The position numbers and the translations under genes are program-made. Below, in pieces: positions 57,078 through 64,000 of a stretch of 64,000 nt of DNA; positions within the stretch are counted from its first letter, which is position 1, and each line of letters starts with the position of its first letter. The stretch lies in contig JBAZHC010000003.1 in assembly GCA_041652575.1 (NCBI GenBank), positions 143,052 through 207,051 of the forward strand, written 5' to 3'. The notes under the pieces are model-generated. The model made no database searches and was not told the DNA's origin. It saw only the letters and a list, made by a program, of their open reading frames with translations. The DNA comes from Phycisphaerae bacterium. GTDB taxonomy: Bacteria; Planctomycetota; Phycisphaerae; Sedimentisphaerales; UBA12454.

Positions 57078-57935
57078 TCACTTGTCTTTTTTGGCCCAGA
57101 AGCAATTATACACCCAAAGTATATCGTTTTTGCCATCTTCTGTTGCAGCTCTAAACACTCTAAAAGGATATGGTGTTTTAGTTTTTTCATAAGATGCGAA
57201 AAGTTTACTAAGTTCTATCGACCAGCTTCTTTGCATAGCATGGCCGTCGGCAAATGCAAAACAACTTCTGCTCGAACGTGAATGTCTGACTGTAATAGGG
57301 TCGGCGCTTATAGTCATGTCGGTTTTATTGATATCAGGCATCCAGGAATCCATATTATAATTCCGCGGGTCAGTTTCTTCTACCATTACATATTTTTCAC
57401 TCGGTCTTCTTATCTGCACCAAATTTGTCAGGCTGTCCCATGCTTTGGCATACGTACTGCTCTTTGGGATAAATGTTTGTTCACCGTTCATAGTATCCGG
57501 TATGGAATAACTCCTAAAGTGGCCGCTTTTATCGTCGCTACAATGGAATACATTTAGGTCTGATGCGTAGGAAAACAGTTTGCCTCTTTTTATGCCTTCC
57601 TTTTCCTGCTCAATTGTAGGCTTAACATTATCCTTTATTGTTTTGCCGGTGACAGGATCGGTCGGAGCCCATACCCAGGCATATCTGGAGTAGTTTACTC
57701 GTAATACATCTCCCTCGTCATCACTTCTATAGTTCAATGCACATACCAGTCTGCCGTCATTTGCCATAGCATAAGCATACCAGGCCGTGCCGAGTTGTTT
57801 AAGATTATTCTCGCACATAATGGTTCTGCCCATCTCCCTGGCCTTGTTCAATGATGGCAGCAGCATCGCAAGCAGCAAGGCGATGATGGAAACAACCACC
57901 AAAAGCTCAACAAGAGTGAAACCATTTTTCTTCAT
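57078..57935 (-). CDS. Pseudopilin-like protein: prepilin-type N-terminal cleavage/methylation domain with a DUF1559/HX9DG-like C-terminus
   Basis: GGAG RBS and the ATG at 57935. The N-terminus is [21 protein letters not shown], followed by [18 protein letters not shown] and a C-terminal [10 protein letters not shown]. Confidence 0.8.
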   Translation of the reverse strand: MKKNGFTLVELLVVVSIIALLLAMLLPSLNKAREMGRTIMCENNLKQLGTAWYAYAMANDGRLVCALNYRSDDEGDVLRVNYSRYAWVWAPTDPVTGKTIKDNVKPTIEQEKEGIKRGKLFSYASDLNVFHCSDDKSGHFRSYSIPDTMNGEQTFIPKSSTYAKAWDSLTNLVQIRRPSEKYVMVEETDPRNYNMDSWMPDINKTDMTISADPITVRHSRSSRSCFAFADGHAMQRSWSIELSKLFASYEKTKTPYPFRVFRAATEDGKNDILWVYNCFWAKKDK

Positions 57936-58025
57936 TTTTAACACTCCAAGCTTAACAAATTCCATTTCTTAATATCCGGTGTGGAACAGACCGCCTGGCC
58001 GGTTCCACACCAGTTTTATCCAGTC

Positions 58026-59930
58026 TCAATACTTTTCATTAAGCCAGTTGCCGGATATATCTTTCAAATCCAGCATATCATACTCATTCATCCACGACTC
58101 GCCTATAAAAGCTACATCCTGGAAATTCACAATACAATCTTCATAATAATCTCCCGGCATAACATCTGTGCCGCAATTCATCGCCACCCTGACATCATCA
58201 ATTGTCGCGGATTTGCCGTTGCCGTTTATCCAGAAGATAACCCTGAACTGCTTATAACCGCTCCAGCCGGTAATATTAGCGATATTAACCTTGAATGTAT
58301 TCGGCCCTGTAATATTCTGAATAACATCTACATAACTCCAGGCGCCTCCCTGTTCCTGAACGCCAACATCGAGCCATCCGTCGGTATCTACGCCGGTAAC
58401 CGTGACAGTAAGTTCAGGATAGACCGCCAAATTAACCAAAAGCGTTTCAGACTCAACTTTGCCATAGCTTGCGTATGGATTATCTTCGGTAAGAATCGCA
58501 GTAGTACCGGGTATGTCCGTCCAATAAGCATCAAGCTCCGTCCATCCGGTTCTAATAGGGTCAAAGTGGTCTTCCCAGAAAATCGGGTCAGGTCTTGAGG
58601 CAAGCTGACTGTTACGAACTTCAATCGTATTGAATGTCGTACTGTCGCCGCCGCCTCCGTTATCCAGCCAAATATTAATCTGGAAAGTTTTAACGCCGCT
58701 CCAGCCCATTAAACCTTTAATGTCAATACGGTTTTCCGAAGGCACTCCCATATAACTTACCGCATCAGCATAAGAGCCGGCGCCGCCTACTTCCTGAATT
58801 TGAACTGTATACAAACAGCCGGATTCGACATCTGTTGTTTTAATATGTAATTCGTCATAAAAATTAACATCAAGCGTTATAACTTCCGAATTGGTAACGC
58901 CCCACCATTCTCCGGGATTCGGATTAATAGTTACAACCGCATTAGGTCCGGCGGTATCAGTCCAGTAACAGGTCGGTTCAATCCAGGTAGTTTTGATAGG
59001 GTTAAAATCTTCAACCCAGCCCGCCTGTCCCCGCAGTGATTTTCTTATCTGCAGTAAATCGAACGTAACCGATTTGCTTTCGCCATCAATCCATATATTG
59101 ATAATAAAGGATTTTACCCCGCTCCAGCCCATAAGTTTGGCTATATCGACGACCTGTGTGCCGGCCTGACCAACATAGCTGACTGCATTGGCATAAGCAT
59201 TTGAGCCGCCTACTTCCTGAATTTGAACTGTATAAAGAGCGCCGCTTTCAACTTCGGTGGACGCAATAACAAGTTCATTATATTCATTGACATCGACAGT
59301 GATTACCTCTGATCCTGCATCGCCATAACTGTTTACAGGATCACTTTCAGTAAGCCTTGCCGTTGAGCCTGTTAAATCTGTCCATGTAGCACTCGGCTGA
59401 GACCATGTTGATTTGATAGGGTCGAAATGTTCTGTCCATCCTTCTGAAGCTGCCGCTTCTCTTAACTGAAGAAGACCGAATGTTACAGATTTGGTTTCTC
59501 CGTCAATCCATATATTTACCACAAATGATTTTGTTCCGCTCCATCCCATAAGCGCAGCAATATTAACTATCTGTGTGCCGGGAGTACCGACATAACTGAC
59601 CGCATTGGCATAAGCACCACCTTCGACAGCTTCCTGAATCTGAATTGTATACAACGCGCCGGCTTCCACATCGGTTGAAGTGATAACGAGTTCACTGTAA
59701 ACGCTTACATCAGCAGTAATAGTTTCTGATGTAGCGACACCGTAACTGTTTACCGGGTCGTTTTCAGTTAGTGTTGCAGTCGGCCCCGCCAAATCGGTCC
59801 AGTATGCACTGACCTCATTCCATGTTGTCTTGACAGGATCGAAATTCTCTTCCCACACAACTGCCGCTTTTGCGCCACAGGCGAAAATCATAACCATTGC
59901 TGTTATAATTAAAATCAAAAATCTTTTCAT
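58026..59930 (-). CDS. Secreted protein made of four tandem roughly 143 aa modules (CBM-like, unassigned) plus a dockerin-like C-terminal tail
   Basis: Signal peptide. Four units share W-E-x-F-D-P-[IV]-K-T-x-W...YWTD...LYT[IV]QIQE...AVSYVG...LMGWSG.K.F..NIW.DG. The tail is PGDYYEDCIVNFQDVAFIGESWMNEYDMLDLKDISGNWLNEKY. Confidence 0.75.
   Translation of the reverse strand: MKRFLILIITAMVMIFACGAKAAVVWEENFDPVKTTWNEVSAYWTDLAGPTATLTENDPVNSYGVATSETITADVSVYSELVITSTDVEAGALYTIQIQEAVEGGAYANAVSYVGTPGTQIVNIAALMGWSGTKSFVVNIWIDGETKSVTFGLLQLREAAASEGWTEHFDPIKSTWSQPSATWTDLTGSTARLTESDPVNSYGDAGSEVITVDVNEYNELVIASTEVESGALYTVQIQEVGGSNAYANAVSYVGQAGTQVVDIAKLMGWSGVKSFIINIWIDGESKSVTFDLLQIRKSLRGQAGWVEDFNPIKTTWIEPTCYWTDTAGPNAVVTINPNPGEWWGVTNSEVITLDVNFYDELHIKTTDVESGCLYTVQIQEVGGAGSYADAVSYMGVPSENRIDIKGLMGWSGVKTFQINIWLDNGGGGDSTTFNTIEVRNSQLASRPDPIFWEDHFDPIRTGWTELDAYWTDIPGTTAILTEDNPYASYGKVESETLLVNLAVYPELTVTVTGVDTDGWLDVGVQEQGGAWSYVDVIQNITGPNTFKVNIANITGWSGYKQFRVIFWINGNGKSATIDDVRVAMNCGTDVMPGDYYEDCIVNFQDVAFIGESWMNEYDMLDLKDISGNWLNEKY
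58170..59861 (-). repeat. Four-fold tandem coding repeat, period about 420-430 bp
   Basis: Repeats are visible at the DNA level. For example, CCGCCTACTTCCTGAATTTGAACTGTATA recurs near 58790 and 59210, with a diverged copy near 59630. Confidence 0.8.
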
Positions 59931-60002
59931 ATTTTCACTCCTGCTCTCTGCTCATAAATAATATTTCTTGATATATTTATGGCAAACTAAGCTTTCAGAT
60001 AA

Positions 60003-60791
60003 TTATACCATTTTCTTCCTTAAAAGTAACGCACCAAGCCCGACAAAAACAAGTGTTATTGGCTCCGGAATAACGGCAGTAATTGTGGTTCTTCCGCTAT
60101 CATAGCTATAAATGAAGCTTCCGATACCGTCATAAGCGGTTACATCGCCATAGGTTGTAACATCAGTAATTTCACCATTAAGAATCAATGAGCCGCCTGT
60201 AATATCAATTGAGCCGTTATCAGACATAACAAGTCCCCCGCCGCCGGTTACGTCAATAGTGCCGTCATCCAGTTGAATATGGCCTACGCCGTTACCGTTA
60301 GTACCGCTATAACCGCCTGCTACTGCCAACAGCCATGATATATTAACTGTTCCGCCATTCATCAAAAGTGTACCATCTCCCTGTGAACCGTCTGTGTCTC
60401 CGCCGCACATCAAAAGAGTTGTATTAACTATACCGGAGTCAACCTGTAATATGCCCTTCTGGTCGGTTCCCCACTGGCCTACAAACAGATGGTCTGAGAC
60501 CTGAAGCGTACCGCCATTGACAGTCACTTTTGAGCCAGTTGGCGTTGTATCGCATATATGCAGCCAGTTGGCATATCCCGTCTCGCCTGTATTTAGAATC
60601 GGCCCTGTTGTATCATATGTGCCGACAACAACATCATCGCCGCTTGTAGGATATGCTGTCCAATTTCCTGTATCAACCCATAGACGATTGGTAGCATCGT
60701 TAGTCCACCACAACCACTGCCCAAACGACACGTTCGCCACTATGACAACAATTATCAGGGATGTTAAAAAACCATTTTTTTTCAATAACAT
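60003..60791 (-). CDS. PEP-CTERM sorting-domain protein with a glycine-rich beta-helix-like passenger
   Basis: Signal peptide and repetitive GGT[VI]N/DGTIDVTGGG segments. The C-terminus is VIPEPITLVFVGLGALLLRKKMV (PEP motif, TM helix, basic tail). Confidence 0.8.
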   Translation of the reverse strand: MLLKKNGFLTSLIIVVIVANVSFGQWLWWTNDATNRLWVDTGNWTAYPTSGDDVVVGTYDTTGPILNTGETGYANWLHICDTTPTGSKVTVNGGTLQVSDHLFVGQWGTDQKGILQVDSGIVNTTLLMCGGDTDGSQGDGTLLMNGGTVNISWLLAVAGGYSGTNGNGVGHIQLDDGTIDVTGGGGLVMSDNGSIDITGGSLILNGEITDVTTYGDVTAYDGIGSFIYSYDSGRTTITAVIPEPITLVFVGLGALLLRKKMV

Positions 60792-61095
60792 AATCCTTCT
60801 CCTTTACAAATTAAGTTACATATTTAATACATCCATAACATTTTGCTGTTTTTTAAGTGCACTTCTTACACAGCATCTATGATACCATAATACAGGGCAT
60901 TCTATATCCATTCAAAGCCAATATACGGATTTTTTTAGCCAAATTACGACAGGCCTAAAAAATAATTTATTGTTTGTATGTCATTCATATACAATTAGTT
61001 ACAAAAACACACATTGCAATATTCATTATAAAATTTACCATTTTTTCAATGCAATTCTGGACATTTATATGCCAAGTCCGGATAATATATACTGT

Positions 61096-62253
61096 ATGAA
61101 AAAACTGCCGCGAATAATTCTAATGGTCGAACCTTTAGGCGAGTATCTCCAGGGACTACTAAGGGGTATTGCGCAATATTCAAACTCAAACGGGCCATGG
61201 GTTTTTTACAGGGAGCCCGGCAAACACGAAGGTACACTGCCTCAGCTTAATCCCGAAGAAGCTGACGGCGTCATCGCCAAAATTGCCAACACTGCCGGTG
61301 CGAGAAAAAAACTTCCCCGGACAGTTCCGGTAATTCTTATCGGATATAGAGAAATTATTCCTGAGATGCCTCAGATTTTCGGCGACACTGAAGCTATCGG
61401 CAAAGTCGCCGCCGAGTATTTCCTCAATAAGGGATTCAGAAATTTCGCTTTTTGCGGCTTCGATGAGTTTCACTGGTCGCGGGAAAGAGGCAAAAGTTTC
61501 AAATTGTTTTTAGAAAACAAAGGATACAAAGTTCATTTATACAGAAATCTGAAAGGAGCTATGCGCAAGTCCTGGCAGCTCGAACAGCAGGACCTCGCTA
61601 AATGGCTCAGGACTTTGCCGAAACCTGTGGCTATTCTGGCATGTAATGACGACCGCGGACAGCATCTTATAAGCGCATGCAAACTCGGCAAAATGCGAAT
61701 TCCTGACGAGATTTCAGTCCTCGGAGTTGATAACGACAAATTTGTATGCTCGTTAACTTACCCGCCGCTTTCGAGTATAGCTCTTGGTACAGAACGGGCA
61801 GGTTATGAAGCCGCGCAGCTTTTGGCAAAAATGATGCAAATGAAAAAATTCATTAATTCGAGCATTATGGTCAGGCCTACCCATGTTATAACAAGACAAT
61901 CTACCGATATCATCGCGGCAGAAGATACGCTGCTTTCCGAAGCTATAAATTACATCCAGAAACATTCAAATATGGATATCTCCGTTGATGATGTAGCCGG
62001 CGAGGTAATGGTATCAAGAAGAAGTCTCGAAAGAAAGTTTCGCAGGCAGTTGAACAAATCCATTTATGATGAAATCCGGCGTATAAGAGTAAACAGAATT
62101 ATCTCAATGCTGCTCGAGACCGACCTGACAATAGCACAAATCGGCCTTGCCATGGGTTTTAAAGATATCACACACACAGGCAGGTATTTTAAGGAAGAAA
62201 CCGGCCTTTCGCCGCTGGCTTACAGAAGAAAATTTATTAACCAATCACTTTAA
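61096..62253 (+). CDS. XylR-type regulator: periplasmic-binding-protein-like sugar-sensor domain fused to an AraC-family HTH
   Basis: The start is moved to the ATG at 61096 (MKKLPRIILMVEP). The LacI/PBP-like core contains ILACNDDRG and ISVLGVDND. The C-terminal AraC HTH is IAQIGLAMGFKDITHTGRYFKEETGLSPLAYRR. Confidence 0.8.
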   Translation: MKKLPRIILMVEPLGEYLQGLLRGIAQYSNSNGPWVFYREPGKHEGTLPQLNPEEADGVIAKIANTAGARKKLPRTVPVILIGYREIIPEMPQIFGDTEAIGKVAAEYFLNKGFRNFAFCGFDEFHWSRERGKSFKLFLENKGYKVHLYRNLKGAMRKSWQLEQQDLAKWLRTLPKPVAILACNDDRGQHLISACKLGKMRIPDEISVLGVDNDKFVCSLTYPPLSSIALGTERAGYEAAQLLAKMMQMKKFINSSIMVRPTHVITRQSTDIIAAEDTLLSEAINYIQKHSNMDISVDDVAGEVMVSRRSLERKFRRQLNKSIYDEIRRIRVNRIISMLLETDLTIAQIGLAMGFKDITHTGRYFKEETGLSPLAYRRKFINQSL

Positions 62254-62278
62254 CAAATGTATTTTCAGCCGTGCCGTT

Positions 62279-64000
62279 TCAAGCATCAATAAACAATTGG
62301 GATTTTTTCTGGAATCGCAGTTCCATTCTGTCGATTCGAATCCTGTCGCCAAAGCCAAGCGGAATAAGCTCATTTTTTGAAAGTGTAAAATCATTAACAA
62401 AAACATTTGTCAATTCCGTTAAGTTCTCCAGATAGAAACCCTCATCAAGATATAAAATAGCGGCATGTACCGGCTCAAGCCCCCTGTCGGTAAAGCTCAA
62501 AGAACAATCTGGTTTTGAGCCAATCGTGGCAATACGATAAATCAAGCAATAACTTTCACAGCCCTGCTTATCATCGGATCCGAGATTGTTCAGCCGTTCC
62601 AATGTTACTGAATTCAGTTCAGCCTTTGACGCTGTCTTCCACAGTTCGCCTGACAGCTCACTGATAATTTCTTTGTAAGGAGCGTCTTTCAGCCAATCCC
62701 TGAGACGATTTACACATTTAATCGACAAATTAAGCACACCGGCCAATTTCAGTTTTTGACCACTGCCGGTGATTTTCCTGCCCTTTGAATCTACCGTCTT
62801 TTCATCCAGCAAAGTTCCGTTGTCTGAATCGTTATCTTTGACCAATAAGCCTCTTTCATTCAAATCGATATAACAGTGCGCATCGCCGGTAATTTTACAT
62901 GATTGTTTATTATTTTCTTCGCCGCTTGGAAGCAGTCTTGCAACAATATCGTTCTTTCTTGCCCGGCCGATTGTTACAGACGGCTTTGCAATAAGAACAA
63001 CATTGAGCAGTTTATCCTTTGCTTCTATAAACAGGCTGGCAGTATCTGTTTGCGAGCCTCTGCCGGGGTGTATAACCCTTTTGGCAGACGAGTTGTAACT
63101 TGCGGCCGCTGCCAGAGAATCAGTCAATTGCTTACTGCGGCCAGGGTCCGAAACAAGCTTGAGTTCCTTGTAATCAGGATTCAAATTACTATATCCCTTC
63201 ATAAGGTCGTTGGCCGTGCGGACCCTGTCAAACTTTATGAGATTTTCAATATTATTCCTCACGGAATTGCCCATATATTTGGCGTTATCGGAAACACTGC
63301 CGAAATCAATCAACTTCTCCGCCTGAATCAAAACATTATGAAACTCTTTTGTATTTTCAAAAACCGGCAGAATAAAGTCCGACCAGAAGGCATGCCATTT
63401 ATCTTTTTTTCGAAGAGCTATACTGAATCGAATTAATTTTTCACCTGCCTTCGATGGTTCAACCGGAATACATTCATGTCCCGATGCACACGGGTCAAGA
63501 CGACTGCAGCACCACAAATAAGTATTTTTCAAAAGATTCCCTGAAATTTCCGTTTTCACTTCATCAAAAACGTCATCGCTCAAGTTCTGAATTTGCAGTT
63601 CGATAATCCCGCAAAAACCTTCCATATAAAAATGATTGGTATTTATAGACAGAACCAAACCATGAGAAGTACCTTTGGGCTTATCCTGCAAATCGCCCGG
63701 CTGAACGGGGCTGAAAGATTGTATTACTTTTTCAAATAGTTCCTTTGCTCTATCCGCGGTAATACCGAGCCTTTCCCGCAAAGCGGACAGTTTAGAGGCT
63801 TCATCGGGCGGAATATCGCCGTCTTTTATCGCTACTTTCATTTTTTCAAGAAAGATGGATTCCTTCTGCTCGGGCGTTAAAGAGAAACCGGCTTTTTGCG
63901 GGTTCGCAATTTCAATCTCCGGCTGTATGCTATCCTCAATAGAGACACTGTCCGCCTCAGCCCGCTGATTCAAATCATAGCCGCAGTTTTCGCAAAACTT
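62279..64000 (-). CDS. Zinc-ribbon / double-FHA-domain protein; the 5' end lies outside the window
   Basis: The frame stays open to the window edge (KFCENCGYDLNQRAE, a CxxC zinc-ribbon knuckle). The first FHA-like region is VTIGRARKNDIV...ITGDAHCYI...VKDNDSDNGTLLD. A second FHA-like region lies near the C-terminus. Confidence 0.65.
   Translation of the reverse strand, partial: KFCENCGYDLNQRAEADSVSIEDSIQPEIEIANPQKAGFSLTPEQKESIFLEKMKVAIKDGDIPPDEASKLSALRERLGITADRAKELFEKVIQSFSPVQPGDLQDKPKGTSHGLVLSINTNHFYMEGFCGIIELQIQNLSDDVFDEVKTEISGNLLKNTYLWCCSRLDPCASGHECIPVEPSKAGEKLIRFSIALRKKDKWHAFWSDFILPVFENTKEFHNVLIQAEKLIDFGSVSDNAKYMGNSVRNNIENLIKFDRVRTANDLMKGYSNLNPDYKELKLVSDPGRSKQLTDSLAAAASYNSSAKRVIHPGRGSQTDTASLFIEAKDKLLNVVLIAKPSVTIGRARKNDIVARLLPSGEENNKQSCKITGDAHCYIDLNERGLLVKDNDSDNGTLLDEKTVDSKGRKITGSGQKLKLAGVLNLSIKCVNRLRDWLKDAPYKEIISELSGELWKTASKAELNSVTLERLNNLGSDDKQGCESYCLIYRIATIGSKPDCSLSFTDRGLEPVHAAILYLDEGFYLENLTELTNVFVNDFTLSKNELIPLGFGDRIRIDRMELRFQKKSQLFIDA

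Noticed and set aside
1-64000. tRNA, rRNA, tmRNA, riboswitch and transposase/integrase signatures.
   Set aside because: Reading all intergenic gaps longer than 40 nt showed no cloverleaf-compatible sequence, no rRNA-like conserved blocks, no recognisable riboswitch core upstream of the N-metabolism genes and no transposase or integrase ORF. A covariance-model scan (Infernal/Rfam, tRNAscan-SE) would be the decisive check.

Overview
This 64 kb window looks like bacterial chromosome with high coding density. I found no rRNA, tRNA, CRISPR array or intact mobile element. All family calls come from reading motifs in the supplied translations; no alignments or searches were run.

The taxon is an inference. 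A pseudopilin-like protein with a DGH C-terminus, a PEP-CTERM protein, dockerin-like tails and a giant ankyrin protein suggest a PVC-superphylum organism (Planctomycetota/Phycisphaerae, Lentisphaerota or Kiritimatiellota type).

Modules in order:
1. A secreted ankyrin/PD40 giant protein, followed by mscS-family, GT and panB genes.
2. An AT-rich 1.1 kb stretch with two orphan genes, bracketed by a roughly 69 bp direct repeat.
3. A + strand nitrogen/glutamine block (8.6-31.4 kb). It holds a GAF-AAA+-HTH sigma-54 activator, a TorF-like porin, three amt-glnK pairs, GS type III, gltBD, glutamine-dependent nadE and carB-carA. Four textbook -24/-12 promoters are each preceded by phased palindrome pairs.
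4. An orphan histidine-kinase core fused in frame to a CoA-disulfide-reductase/rhodanese protein.
5. A short gap rich in repeats and hairpins, with an endonuclease remnant.
6. An ECF sigma, anti-sigma, CpxP-like, TolC and MacAB-type efflux operon.
7. A GH20-anmK-murQ-SSS peptidoglycan-recycling operon.
8. A DEAD-box helicase gene.
9. A minus-strand glycan locus: PEP-CTERM protein, a protein with four tandem repeat modules, pseudopilin-like protein, SSS transporter, GH130 and three GH99-like paralogs. A divergent XylR/AraC regulator sits next to it.
10. A zinc-ribbon/FHA protein that runs off the window edge.

The strongest candidates for new biology are the phased enhancer signature of the sigma-54 nitrogen regulon, the kinase-CoADR-rhodanese fusion, and the glycan locus with its shared C-terminal tail module.
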